IMG/VR virus record: IMGVR_UViG_3300043485_000026
Span: 1-60,125 of that record
Source of the DNA: a virus
Taxonomy: Duplodnaviria; Caudoviricetes
Length of the DNA: 60,125 nucleotides
Direction: 5' to 3' (one strand)
Shown: positions 37,312 to 47,007 of the stretch, one piece after another
Layout of the letters: the number at the start of each line of letters is the position of its first letter
How positions within the stretch are numbered: position 1 is the first letter of the stretch
The notes under the pieces: model-generated
Told to the model about the DNA's origin: nothing
The model's database searches: none
Seen by the model: the letters and a program-made list of their open reading frames with translations, nothing else
Made by a program: the position numbers and the translations under genes

Positions 37312-37326
37312 CGACAGGGCCGTTTC
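37287..37326 (-). terminator. Terminator between convergent genes
   Basis: 16-bp stem, loop UAUCCCCC, U-rich tail on the - strand. Confidence 0.7.
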
Positions 37327-37389
37327 ATGGGAGGCGCGGGGGAGAATCAACAATGTATGCAACCCGCAGGACGGAACGACACACTGAGC

Positions 37390-37980
37390 CTACGGGGCGG
37401 GCACCGCTCCCACGATCGGCGAGCACTGATACCCGAGCGCGGGAGCCTGCATCGAACAGGGAACCAGAGGCGCAGAAGGCTGAGGAACCACGGGCGAGGG
37501 CTCAGGAACCGGCTCAGGGATCGCTACAGGTGCGTCCTGGCCATCCACTCCATTCGATCCGTCCTTGCCGTCACGACCCGCAGGCCCACGTCTCCCAGCC
37601 GGCCCACGACGAGACACACCAGGACTCCCTCGCAGTCCCCTAGGCCCCCTCTCGCCGACAGCGCTCAAGCCTCGTTCGCCACGCAACCCGCGGGCGCCCT
37701 GAGCGCCACCAGGCCCTGACGCGCCGCGCACCCGACCGATACACGACTGGGGGTCCTTGGATTCCGACAAGCAACGGAGCGTACGGTTGATCTTCAAGCT
37801 GTTCTCGCGGATGTTCGCACGGTTGTCCTTGATCTCCGCACGATCCCTCGTGGCATTCGCTCCCTGCGAGTTGCCCCGCTCAAGCAAAGCCCAGCCGCCA
37901 GCAACGAGCACGAGTGCGGAGATCACGACTGCCGCGAACGCTCGCCAAACCAACAGCGCCGGATTAGGCTCCTGATTCAT
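37390..37980 (-). CDS. Membrane-anchored collagen-like (Gly-X-Y) protein 2
   Basis: N-terminal TM, short coiled coil, G-X-Y repeats, Pro-rich linker, Cys pair. Confidence 0.75.
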   Translation of the reverse strand: MNQEPNPALLVWRAFAAVVISALVLVAGGWALLERGNSQGANATRDRAEIKDNRANIRENSLKINRTLRCLSESKDPQSCIGRVRGASGPGGAQGARGLRGERGLSAVGERGPRGLRGSPGVSRRGPAGRRGPAGRDGKDGSNGVDGQDAPVAIPEPVPEPSPVVPQPSAPLVPCSMQAPALGYQCSPIVGAVPAP

Positions 37981-38626
37981 CAGGCGGCTTGCTTGCCGCG
38001 TCAGCCGCAGCACCCGGTTCTTCCGTCGAAACGTTATCCGCACGATTCTGCGCCGCCGCCAAATCGTCTGCCACGATGCGCGCAGCACCCTCAAGACGCA
38101 GACCCGTTGCTGCTCCCTCTGTGGACTCCTGCGTAACGACTCGCAAAGCCTCAGTCAACCGATCCAAAGTTTTGCGGTCCTGCTCAGCAAGGCCACCAGC
38201 GATCCCAGCACCGATACGCAACGCCTCCGTCGCAGCTCCCGTCTCCCGCCGCAACGTCTCTAGAGCCACGGCCATACTGCTGCGCAACCCCTCAGTAGCG
38301 CTTGAGTTGGCTGCTAGTGCGACCTCAAGACGCTCCAACGTCCCCTCAGCCCTGCGTATAGCTCGCTCAAGCCGCTCAGTGACCTCTTGCACGGCCTGCT
38401 CTAGCCGATTGGTGGTGTCCTTCAGCGTGGACCCTGAGTCGGAGCGGAACTGTGCTGCGATCTCCTGCACGATCGGTTTGATCTCATCGTCTTTCATCTG
38501 CGCGATGAAGCGCTTGCCGAGCGGCTTGAAAACCCACTGCCAAAGACTTGCGAGAGCGCCCACGATGCCTGCAGCGGCGAGGAGGTAGGTCACGGCCTGA
38601 CCGAGGACGGAGGCGACGATAGGCAT
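37964..38626 (-). CDS. Membrane-anchored coiled-coil protein
   Basis: N-terminal TM, F..DSGSTLKD...RLE motif, long helix. Confidence 0.7.
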   Translation of the reverse strand: MPIVASVLGQAVTYLLAAAGIVGALASLWQWVFKPLGKRFIAQMKDDEIKPIVQEIAAQFRSDSGSTLKDTTNRLEQAVQEVTERLERAIRRAEGTLERLEVALAANSSATEGLRSSMAVALETLRRETGAATEALRIGAGIAGGLAEQDRKTLDRLTEALRVVTQESTEGAATGLRLEGAARIVADDLAAAQNRADNVSTEEPGAAADAASKPPDESGA

Positions 38627-38655
38627 CTAGCCTCCTGACGGTACGAAAGACGGGG

Positions 38656-38751
38656 TTATAGTCGATCCAGCAACCGGGCTGCTAAGCCACCAGCGATCAT
38701 CGCCCCAACCCACCAAGCAGCAACGACAGGACCACGAACGAGTCGGAACAT
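38656..38751 (-). CDS. 31-aa hydrophobic peptide
   Basis: MFRLVRGPVVAAWWVGAMIAGGLAARLLDRL with strong SD AAGGAGG. Confidence 0.55.
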   Translation of the reverse strand: MFRLVRGPVVAAWWVGAMIAGGLAARLLDRL

Positions 38752-38809
38752 CACAGCCTCCTTGCTGGTATCATCGGCTATCAACCCCAACTGAGAGGTG
38801 GAACCTCAG

Positions 38810-39052
38810 ATGAGCAAGTTTTATGCCGTACTCATGGCAGACGAAGACGGGCGCTCCTTCAAACCCATCCGACACGTTGGCGAACTTCTGGCCAATCCCG
38901 GCGAGGAGATGGGGATACGGGCCTGGGAGTCGGCCGCATTCCTTGGCGCAAACCCCGACCCGAACTACTGGCCTGAGGGGACGGCCGTGCTGCTGGAATG
39001 CGAGGCCCGTATCCCCCAACCCGCAGGTGCCTACATCCTCCCAACGTCTTAG
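38810..39052 (+). CDS. Hypothetical protein (counter-oriented, moron-like)
   Basis: SD GAGGTG lies inside a small hairpin; hairpins follow at ~39054-39119. Confidence 0.6.
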   Translation: MSKFYAVLMADEDGRSFKPIRHVGELLANPGEEMGIRAWESAAFLGANPDPNYWPEGTAVLLECEARIPQPAGAYILPTS

Positions 39053-39247
39053 CGGAGCGCAGTTCCACGCTTCCGCTCCGTTGAGCACGCGGCCCCACAC
39101 ACCTCTGGTGGGGCCGCGGTCGTTCTACGGCAAACGTTGGTTATACAGAAGCCGTCCGACCTCCCCGCACGTAGGACACCGCTTGCCGGGCAAGACCAAC
39201 GAGTGGTACACCCGTCCGTCACGCAGACCCAAAGCACAACCAGCAAG

Positions 39248-39793
39248 CTAAGGCGCCTCAAGAATCACAGCATCAGGCGCACAGGAGTAGTTCAAGTCGC
39301 CATCCGGGTCCGTACACGTCTGCTGCACGCCTGTGGCATCCGTGAACGTCCACGACGCCACAGGCGGCCCCTGAGGACCCGTGACCGTGGCACCATCCCG
39401 GCCTTCCTTACCGTCGCTCCCGTCCCTCCCAGGCTTCCCGTCAGCGCCCCTAGGCCCACGCACGGGGATCACAGGAGACACCACAACCTCCGCATCTTTC
39501 CCATCCCGACCAGCTCGGCCACGTGGCCCACGAATCGTCTTACCGGGAGCGCCTGTCTTCCCTTGCTTCCCGGTCTTCCCTCGCCTTCCGCGCTTCCCGA
39601 TCGGCCCACGACCACCCTCAATCCCTCGCGGACCCTCAACAGCAATCTCCTTCTGCACCAGTACATCCTTGATGTCATCAGTCTGCTTGGTCTGCTCGCG
39701 CGCATCCCCACGCAACACCAGAACACCAGTCGTCAACAAACCACCAAGAGCAAGGATCGCCAATGTCAACACCAACGCTGGATGCAACCTCAT
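39248..39793 (-). CDS. Membrane-anchored collagen-like protein 1
   Basis: N-terminal TM, G-X-Y repeats, C-terminal WTFT...TCTDPDGD..Y.C domain. Confidence 0.78.
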   Translation of the reverse strand: MRLHPALVLTLAILALGGLLTTGVLVLRGDAREQTKQTDDIKDVLVQKEIAVEGPRGIEGGRGPIGKRGRRGKTGKQGKTGAPGKTIRGPRGRAGRDGKDAEVVVSPVIPVRGPRGADGKPGRDGSDGKEGRDGATVTGPQGPPVASWTFTDATGVQQTCTDPDGDLNYSCAPDAVILEAP

Positions 39794-40173
39794 GTCTTCA
39801 ACAGCGCCACAATGAACGCCCCGATCGCAGCAATCGCCGCAGCATACGGCGCCGACTTCGCCATCGGCGACCACTGACGATCCTTCAAATCATCCCGGAT
39901 CTCTTTACGCGTCGTCTGAGCCGACAACTCAACCTTGCGGCCCACCTCATCGACCTTCGCCGTACAGGACCGATCAAACGCTGCTAGGCCCTCGCGGAAG
40001 TCGCGCATAGCAACCGCCATAGCTTCGCGCATCTCACGACGCTCTCGATCACTAGCATCCGCGCGTTCATCCAACCGGGCGACGGATTGCATCACGGCCC
40101 CGTAGGACGTGAGAAGACCCTTAAACTCACGCTCCAACTCCGTGAGACGGCGGTCAGGCTCGTCGGGCGCCAT
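39790..40173 (-). CDS. Coiled-coil protein with C-terminal TM
   Basis: 127 aa, SD GGAGG, ATGA coupling to the collagen-like gene. Confidence 0.7.
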   Translation of the reverse strand: MAPDEPDRRLTELEREFKGLLTSYGAVMQSVARLDERADASDRERREMREAMAVAMRDFREGLAAFDRSCTAKVDEVGRKVELSAQTTRKEIRDDLKDRQWSPMAKSAPYAAAIAAIGAFIVALLKT

Positions 40174-40319
40174 GCGTGGCCTCCCTGAACGTGCCTAACA
40201 TTCGTCATGTGGGTGTTGTGCATCATGCACTGTTCTACCTCCTGCGCTGATGATCCCATGGACGTTGGGCGTACCACAATCGTCCCTAAACAGGTCCGAT
40301 GTGATCAGCGCAAAGGTAG

Positions 40320-41951
40320 CTAAACGAAGCCCATATCAACGAGAATCGCATCGATCGTCCGTGAGGCGGCATCCGCGTTGATCGTGACCTCGCGACTATC
40401 GTGATTCCAAGACACCTCATGAATCAACCGAACCGGATCGTCCTCATCCTGCTCAAGCAACACGGTCTGGCCAGCGCGAAGCTTCCAGCCCTGATGCCAG
40501 TTCGTGGCGTCATCCATCACGAATCCCGTCAACGTAAACCGACCCGGTGTGCGCTGACGATTGAACTCCCCTAACGCCGCGGCGCCCGTCAACGCTGCCT
40601 GAGCGGCTGTCGTGGGGTTTGGCAACTGGATGCGAGCCCAATCATCGATACCTGCTCGGTTGGCCGCTAGCCGCGTGTCCGTGTCCGCGAGCACCGTATG
40701 CGTTGACGGGTTGATCATGTCCGCCGCACCGGTCTGAATGTTCTGGAAGCGAACGATCGCCCCGTTCTTCTGTCCGTCCGTCGTCGGACCGTCGTACCCG
40801 CGTCGCAAGCTGTTCGGATGATCGGACCGCAACACCCAATCAGCGGTCTGCAACTGCCGAACATCTGGGAACGCTTCGAACACCAAGCGCTTGTCATCCC
40901 ACACCGCGAGATTCCAGCGCGTGGGAGCATTCGCTTTCAACCAGATGTCATACGGATCGGTCAGGTCACGAATAGCGAACTGGTCGATCGGCACGCCCGG
41001 CTGAACCCCGCTCGTGTTCAGCAACGGGGCGGCAACAGCAGCGACGTGCTTGATGATGTCCGAATTCAGAATCGAGAAGGGGCCAGCGCCTTGAAGCGGC
41101 AATCCGTGCCCGCCGATGACCTGCAGTGCGTTCCAGTCAAGGTTGTATTGGACGCCATCCGTGCCGCCCGACGCCAACTGCGTATAGAAGTGCGCGGCTG
41201 CATAGCGCTTGACAGCCGTTGCAACCCAGTCACCGGCACCTGGTCCCACGTCCTGAAAGTTGCCTGGCGTGATCTCCCCGCCGCCGGAAGTATCATCGTA
41301 GACCGCAACCGACCAAAACCAGGACGCTGCCACAGCCACGTTGATCCCGCGCGTCCACTCGAAGTAGATCCGGCCAATGGTTTGACCAGGACCCGCGTCA
41401 AACCACGCTTCAATGATCGGGACCTCGTTCGCGACCCACGCACCATCGAACGATTGGCTGAGCGTCTTATCCGACATGACGGTCCCAGAACCCCTAGGAG
41501 CGTACGCGGCAACCTGTAGCACGGCCTGTCTAGCGGCCGTCATCTGCACCCAAGAGGACATGTCCTGATCCAACCCAAGGAACACGATTGGCTTGTCGCG
41601 AGCGTGCGCCATCCAACCGACAGCCTCTACGTTAATGTGCTGCGTGGTCTGCGTGGCCTCGCGTGGATAGCGAGCCCCACGACCCTCGTATGCGATCGTG
41701 CCGTCGTTGCCGACCAGCCGGAATGTGTCAAGCAACCCGAGATCGTTGTAGGAGCGGTTGATGTCGCGCGGTAGCGAGCAACTGGCGTTCGCATAACCGT
41801 TCATGATCGTTGAACCGCACGTGATCCCTATGAGCCGATCGTCGCTGTCAGGCGCGCCGGCTTCCCAGCGGTAGCGAGCGGAATTGTCAGCCGTATCAAT
41901 TTCCGCGTGCAGTTCTAGGTCAGCACGCGTGAGAGGAGGCATCGAAGCCAT
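40320..41951 (-). CDS. Minor tail / baseplate hub protein
   Basis: 543 aa after the distal-tail genes; YEGR, V.AVGW, LRAG..V motifs. Confidence 0.75.
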   Translation of the reverse strand: MASMPPLTRADLELHAEIDTADNSARYRWEAGAPDSDDRLIGITCGSTIMNGYANASCSLPRDINRSYNDLGLLDTFRLVGNDGTIAYEGRGARYPREATQTTQHINVEAVGWMAHARDKPIVFLGLDQDMSSWVQMTAARQAVLQVAAYAPRGSGTVMSDKTLSQSFDGAWVANEVPIIEAWFDAGPGQTIGRIYFEWTRGINVAVAASWFWSVAVYDDTSGGGEITPGNFQDVGPGAGDWVATAVKRYAAAHFYTQLASGGTDGVQYNLDWNALQVIGGHGLPLQGAGPFSILNSDIIKHVAAVAAPLLNTSGVQPGVPIDQFAIRDLTDPYDIWLKANAPTRWNLAVWDDKRLVFEAFPDVRQLQTADWVLRSDHPNSLRRGYDGPTTDGQKNGAIVRFQNIQTGAADMINPSTHTVLADTDTRLAANRAGIDDWARIQLPNPTTAAQAALTGAAALGEFNRQRTPGRFTLTGFVMDDATNWHQGWKLRAGQTVLLEQDEDDPVRLIHEVSWNHDSREVTINADAASRTIDAILVDMGFV

Positions 41952-41954
41952 ACG

Positions 41955-42227
41955 TCAGCCTAGTAGCGCTTCGATAGCGACGCCTTGGTAGCGGACCTTG
42001 ATCGTGTGACGTTCGCTACCGAATCGAACTCGGCACACACGCCACGATCGACCATGGGGAACGCAGGGCGTGATAATCAGACGCTGGTGGTATAGCTCGG
42101 CTTCATTGGCCCAAATCACGCGTGCTGCGTAGCGTGCATTCTCGCGACTGATTCGTGTGCGAGCCTCCGCAGTGCTGCTAAGGCTCATCGCTAGGATGGC
42201 GCCTAGCACCCCGACCCACAACCTCAT
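41955..42227 (-). CDS. Small secreted protein inserted among tail genes
   Basis: Signal peptide with AEA cleavage motif, Cys pair, ATGA overlap. Confidence 0.6.
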   Translation of the reverse strand: MRLWVGVLGAILAMSLSSTAEARTRISRENARYAARVIWANEAELYHQRLIITPCVPHGRSWRVCRVRFGSERHTIKVRYQGVAIEALLG

Positions 42228-42997
42228 GGACTCGACGGCATCCGATAGCGCGGGCGAAGTGTCACGCCAACCTTTGTGGAATCCGCAACATTCGCATCCG
42301 CGGTCGAGCTGACATCGTTGCGTTTCGCCTTCACCCACAACCGCGTGGACCGATCCTCAACACCCGCACAAGGCACAAACACCCGGCCACCGCGAGGACT
42401 AAGTGTCCCGAACGTCAACCCATCCGACGACTCGCGTTCGCAGCCGTCATGGCGGATCTGTATGGAACGGCCAGAGTTGATCACCAACGGCTCAGCCGGC
42501 GGCGTGGAAGCGTAGAACCGATCGTAGGTCCGTGTCGCCACTTGGGTGCCCGTGGACTGATCGGCAAATCCCGGCTTCCCGGTCGCCAACGTCCCGCCTG
42601 TCGCCAGGTCGATATGGGTTGCTTCAACCATCGCCAGGACGGCGCCACCAGGCCCGTACAGCACTGCTATCGCACGACCGGAAGCAAGAACGACCAGACG
42701 AATCGGATACTGCGCAGCGACCGTTATCGAGCTGGTCATGTCGCCGAGAGGGATGTCAACCCCTGCGAGGACGATGCCGACCCATGTCGTGTCTGATTCG
42801 GCGCTCATGTGGACCTTGGCGTACGCGTAGTTGCTGTCATCGACCCAACGCGCGATCACAAACGCGTGCTTGTCCCCAACGCTCGCATCGATGCTCGCGG
42901 TGATTCCCGCGTCGATGTTCGTGTAGTTCGTTGACCCCAGATGCGCGATACGCGGCGTTGTCTCAAGGATGACTGTTGAGCGGGCAACGGCGGGCAT
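42224..42997 (-). CDS. Minor tail protein (C-terminal half of a distal-tail-like protein)
   Basis: Beta-rich, ends ..LRPRY like Dit C-termini; TGATG overlap with the upstream ORF. Confidence 0.65.
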   Translation of the reverse strand: MPAVARSTVILETTPRIAHLGSTNYTNIDAGITASIDASVGDKHAFVIARWVDDSNYAYAKVHMSAESDTTWVGIVLAGVDIPLGDMTSSITVAAQYPIRLVVLASGRAIAVLYGPGGAVLAMVEATHIDLATGGTLATGKPGFADQSTGTQVATRTYDRFYASTPPAEPLVINSGRSIQIRHDGCERESSDGLTFGTLSPRGGRVFVPCAGVEDRSTRLWVKAKRNDVSSTADANVADSTKVGVTLRPRYRMPSSP

Positions 42998-44241
42998 CAG
43001 TCCGTTCCTCCGGGCACAGCCGCAAAGTCTGTTGTAGCGCCTGATGTGGCCCACGTGCCGCCCGTGGGTGCAGTCTCGCCGTTCAGGCCGCCGCTAGTAG
43101 ATGTGAACTCATCACGCGCTACTAGTAGCCCGGATTGCAGCCGGTAGTTCGCAGCGATCGTCCAATAGCGTTCCGCGTCCAAGGGCATGAGGTAATCCAC
43201 GTCCAATGTGTCGCCAGGGACTAGCGAGTACGCCTCAATCCAGCCATCCCACTGCTGCGCACCGGCCGTGACTTCACGAATCGTGATCGACCCGAATGGT
43301 GCCTCGTAAAAAGCATCTACGACAGGAGGAGCGATCCATGGCGTGTAGCTGTAGGCACCGTCCCCCGTTCGGTATGCTAGGCGCAGCCGTACGTCAGTCG
43401 ATGATGCCCACACGCGGGCCTTGGGTCGCAGGACACCGATGTGTTCAAGGTCGCCCGTCCCGCAGATCGCTTGTGACTGAACAGCGAGGGTTGCGCGGAT
43501 CACGTTCGCGCCATACATGCCGGTGCGTGTCGTCAGGGATCCCGCGAAGCCCGTGGTTTCCAATCCGCCGGCAGCGGAATCAACGAGCAGCGCATCCGTG
43601 TTCGCGCCTAGGCCGCCCTCAACATGACGGCGGGCTTGTGTCGCCATGTCCGTGACCGTGACCGTCGATTCAGCAGACACATGTCCCGGTACATCCTCAA
43701 GCAGGATAGAGAACACGGGCTCAGAGGACGTGACCTCCGAGTACGTGATCAGCTCGCCGTCGCGGTAGAGGAACGGGTCGCACGTCAACAAGATCGTGAT
43801 CAAGGGGGAGCGCCGTAGGTAGCCCATCGCGGCATCCCGGTCGCCCATCGGGAACTCCGTTACCTGCCCGGACCGGACCGTCATCTCCCAGGTGTCCGCT
43901 GAATCCTTCGGTGTCCACAAATGCGCTAGGCCTGTAGGGGAGCGTCGGCATGCCTCAAGCTTCTCGACAACCTGCGTGACAGCGCCCCAAGCAAGATCCG
44001 CGGTGTCCTGCTTGATGACCCTGAGCGGCAGTAGGAGCGTTGAGTTATCGGAGTGCCCTTCGTCAACCGGGATCGTGCCATCAGAGTCCGGGCCACCAAC
44101 CATGTCGAGTCGATAGGGCGCAGGCGTAAACACGGGCGTATCCGCGATCTGGAAGGTGTCCTCGTCCGTGAGGTCGAGCCCGTCTAGGACGTGTAGTTCG
44201 CGGATACCCGTGTCGGGCGTGACAATGACGATCGGACTCAT
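42997..44241 (-). CDS. Distal-tail-like minor tail protein
   Basis: Dit-like N-terminus (L.CDPFLY) followed by a beta-sandwich insert. Confidence 0.7.
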   Translation of the reverse strand: MSPIVIVTPDTGIRELHVLDGLDLTDEDTFQIADTPVFTPAPYRLDMVGGPDSDGTIPVDEGHSDNSTLLLPLRVIKQDTADLAWGAVTQVVEKLEACRRSPTGLAHLWTPKDSADTWEMTVRSGQVTEFPMGDRDAAMGYLRRSPLITILLTCDPFLYRDGELITYSEVTSSEPVFSILLEDVPGHVSAESTVTVTDMATQARRHVEGGLGANTDALLVDSAAGGLETTGFAGSLTTRTGMYGANVIRATLAVQSQAICGTGDLEHIGVLRPKARVWASSTDVRLRLAYRTGDGAYSYTPWIAPPVVDAFYEAPFGSITIREVTAGAQQWDGWIEAYSLVPGDTLDVDYLMPLDAERYWTIAANYRLQSGLLVARDEFTSTSGGLNGETAPTGGTWATSGATTDFAAVPGGTD

Positions 44242-44281
44242 GCGGATCGCTCCTCAGTTGAGCGCAAGCGACGCAAAGCGA

Positions 44282-46999
44282 TCACGCGATGAACGCCGCG
44301 TAGGGCATGTTGCCCGTGTTGGAGATGGACCCCGAAGCGATAGTCCCGGCGTCTGCCGGGAGATCCGTTTGGCCCGAGAAGAAGCCTGCGAGCCGGTGAC
44401 GCCCGTTGCCGCCCGCACCCTGCGCCGCCGAACCCGCAATCGCCGCGACCGTGTTCGGCATCGCCGTGCTGACCACCAGTAGTCCATACGCGTACCAGCC
44501 CCCCGGCACGAACGTCACGGTCGCGCTCAACGCTTTGGACACCTCCGAGTTTGCGGTAGACATCGCCGCCACATCGTTTGTGGTGGACGCGAGCTGAGTG
44601 AGGGTGCCGTTCGCCGCGACTGAGTAGAGGCCCGCGCGAATCAGCGCCCCGGCTCCAGCCGCGGTGTTGAGTGTCGTGCCCGTTGGGATCAAGACATGGC
44701 CAGCGGCAAGGGCCGAATCGGCCTGGAAGTATGAGAAGACGATTCGTCCAGATGTAAGCGACGAGCCCAGACTACTCAGGTGACGCCGGTCGCATGTCTC
44801 CTGCACCGTGATTGCGCCGGTCGCCGTGTCGTCCACGAGGCCGATACCTGCCGTACTGCCAAGGGCGGCGAGCAGCGAGGACAGCGACGGCGCGTTTGTC
44901 GTCCTCGATCGCGCCGTGCCACCGTAGAATCCGATCTTCGCCCCGACCGTAGCGGAGCCCACAAGCACGCTACTAACCTTGCCCGTCGTGCGGGACGCAT
45001 CCACCAACACCTCAGTCGCCAGGCCGTCATCGTCCACGGCACGCAGGGACGCGTGCCCGCCTGACACCGCCCAAAGGTAGTGTTTGGACTGTGCCGTGCC
45101 GTCCGTCTCATACCACGAGCGCGAGGGAGTCTCGCCCTGCATCTGGTCGCCGGGGGACTCGAAGCCCGACAGTGCTTCGACGTATGTGCCGCCCTTCGAC
45201 GTGAGTCGGCGGGGTCGCACGCCGAGAACGGCCTCCGGGTCGGCCGGGGTCCTGCCGCTATAGAAGCCGTGGCGAAACGATCGCGGCACATCGACGCTCT
45301 GGTTGCTGTCGCGGATCAGCACGCTGTCGGACTGGTGGGTATCTGTGCCGGTGTTCGAGATGCGAACGCCTACCGCATTCCAGCGGATCGTTGGGAACCC
45401 GCCATTTTGGATGACGATCGCCGGGCCGGGGGCCTGCCCAATTGTCCCGGCAGAATCGGCAACGCGATCCTTCGCGGCAGAGATGTGAACGAGGCCGTTG
45501 ATGAGGAACGCAGCGGTGCAGTTGTCGATGACCATCGCGTTGGGCTGAAGTCCCGTCTGCGCTCGCTCGATCGAGTTGCCACCCAGGTTGACCAGTTCGA
45601 CCATCTCGGACTTCATGTTGTCGATGACGACCGGGCCGTCAGCCGTCGAGCTCTGGAGGCCCGTCCAAAACGTCAAGCCCAGGCCGTTGCCGTCACCCGA
45701 GAAGTCGATCAGGTGTGCGCCCTGTGACGCGCCCTGCCCGTCGTAGCTGAGCCCGTAGCCGCCGTTGTAGAACGCGCGACAATCCTGCACGGCGAGCGGC
45801 AGACAGCCCTTGGGAAACGTGAAGCCGTTGCCGGGAAACCCGATGACATGAATGTTCTTGAGGCGAAAGCCGTCCTGTGGGGTGCCGGCGAGCGGACCGG
45901 CGACGCCGCAGTAGATGCCGTCACCCGTCGTCCCGGTGTACGGCCCCTGCACCTCCAGATCCTCAAGCTGGAGAGGGCCGATGAAATAGAACGTCCCCGC
46001 GACCTGGTGAAACTGCTCGGTGAAGATGACACCGTGCTTCTCCGCACCCTCAAGCTGCTGAAGTAGCGTGCCGTTGTCGGGACCGTTCTTGAGTCCGAAC
46101 GACGTGCCGTAGTTCTTGCCCCAGCCAGCGCCGCGAACCGCAACACCGGACGGAATGACGAGCTGATCGAAGCGATACCAGCCCGCTGGGACCCATACAG
46201 CCCGAGAGTCGTTGTCGCGCACTGCGGCGGCGGCGAACGCCGCGTTCAGGGCTGCCGTGTCATCGCTGCCCCATGCCGCCGCCTTGCCCGTAACGGTCGT
46301 GCTGGCGGTGACGCTGAGCGTCGCGAGCCCCGAAGCCACTGAGAGGATCGTGGCGCTCAAGAGCGCCCCGGCGGCCCCGGCACCCTTGACCACTGCGCGC
46401 TTGCCAACGTCGGCTGCCGTGAAGGCGTACGACGTGACCGTCAAGACTGCGGAGGCCGCCGTCATCGCAGCGGCATCGACGGACGGCGCGAACCAGTCGC
46501 CCTTGGCGTTATACGGCGCGCTCTTGGCATTGATGCTGCGCTGCGCCACATCGACGGTCGAGAGGACTTGACCGCTCTCCACCGAACTGAGCCGTGTCCG
46601 ATCAAGTGCAACCTCGCCCTGAACGTACGCCGTGGAAGCAATGCGCGTTGAGCTATTCGCAACCGCTTGCGTGGGCACCGTAGGGGTGCCCGTAAGAACC
46701 GGTGAAGCGAGAGGAGCCTTCAACGTTTCCACATCGCCAAGCCTGGGGCCTACCGTGCCCCCAATCGCTGGCGCCGGGTATGTCGCTGCTCCGACCGTGA
46801 GCGTCCAATCACCCTCCTGCACGAACCCCGGCAGATGCCCACTCGTGTTCGTCAGGAACACCGAAGGACTCAACGTCGTTAGACCGCTACTCGTCGTAAA
46901 CACCGTTGTGTTGATCGAAGCCAACTGGCCTACGAGTACGTTGCCATGACGATCCCACAAGGTGCCCCATGACTGCCCTTTGACCTCTACAAGTGCCAT
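44282..46999 (-). CDS. Tail fibre/spike with pectate-lyase-like beta-helix (putative depolymerase)
   Basis: 905 aa; APLASP.LTGTPT.PT, A.GD...DDTAALNAA...V.VPAG.Y, repeated N.G.G beta-helix turns. Confidence 0.8.
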   Translation of the reverse strand: MALVEVKGQSWGTLWDRHGNVLVGQLASINTTVFTTSSGLTTLSPSVFLTNTSGHLPGFVQEGDWTLTVGAATYPAPAIGGTVGPRLGDVETLKAPLASPVLTGTPTVPTQAVANSSTRIASTAYVQGEVALDRTRLSSVESGQVLSTVDVAQRSINAKSAPYNAKGDWFAPSVDAAAMTAASAVLTVTSYAFTAADVGKRAVVKGAGAAGALLSATILSVASGLATLSVTASTTVTGKAAAWGSDDTAALNAAFAAAAVRDNDSRAVWVPAGWYRFDQLVIPSGVAVRGAGWGKNYGTSFGLKNGPDNGTLLQQLEGAEKHGVIFTEQFHQVAGTFYFIGPLQLEDLEVQGPYTGTTGDGIYCGVAGPLAGTPQDGFRLKNIHVIGFPGNGFTFPKGCLPLAVQDCRAFYNGGYGLSYDGQGASQGAHLIDFSGDGNGLGLTFWTGLQSSTADGPVVIDNMKSEMVELVNLGGNSIERAQTGLQPNAMVIDNCTAAFLINGLVHISAAKDRVADSAGTIGQAPGPAIVIQNGGFPTIRWNAVGVRISNTGTDTHQSDSVLIRDSNQSVDVPRSFRHGFYSGRTPADPEAVLGVRPRRLTSKGGTYVEALSGFESPGDQMQGETPSRSWYETDGTAQSKHYLWAVSGGHASLRAVDDDGLATEVLVDASRTTGKVSSVLVGSATVGAKIGFYGGTARSRTTNAPSLSSLLAALGSTAGIGLVDDTATGAITVQETCDRRHLSSLGSSLTSGRIVFSYFQADSALAAGHVLIPTGTTLNTAAGAGALIRAGLYSVAANGTLTQLASTTNDVAAMSTANSEVSKALSATVTFVPGGWYAYGLLVVSTAMPNTVAAIAGSAAQGAGGNGRHRLAGFFSGQTDLPADAGTIASGSISNTGNMPYAAFIA

Positions 47000-47007
47000 A
47001 CCGCCTC

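Noticed and set aside
44282-46999. Diversity-generating retroelement target
   Set aside because: No reverse transcriptase and no TR/VR pair noticed.
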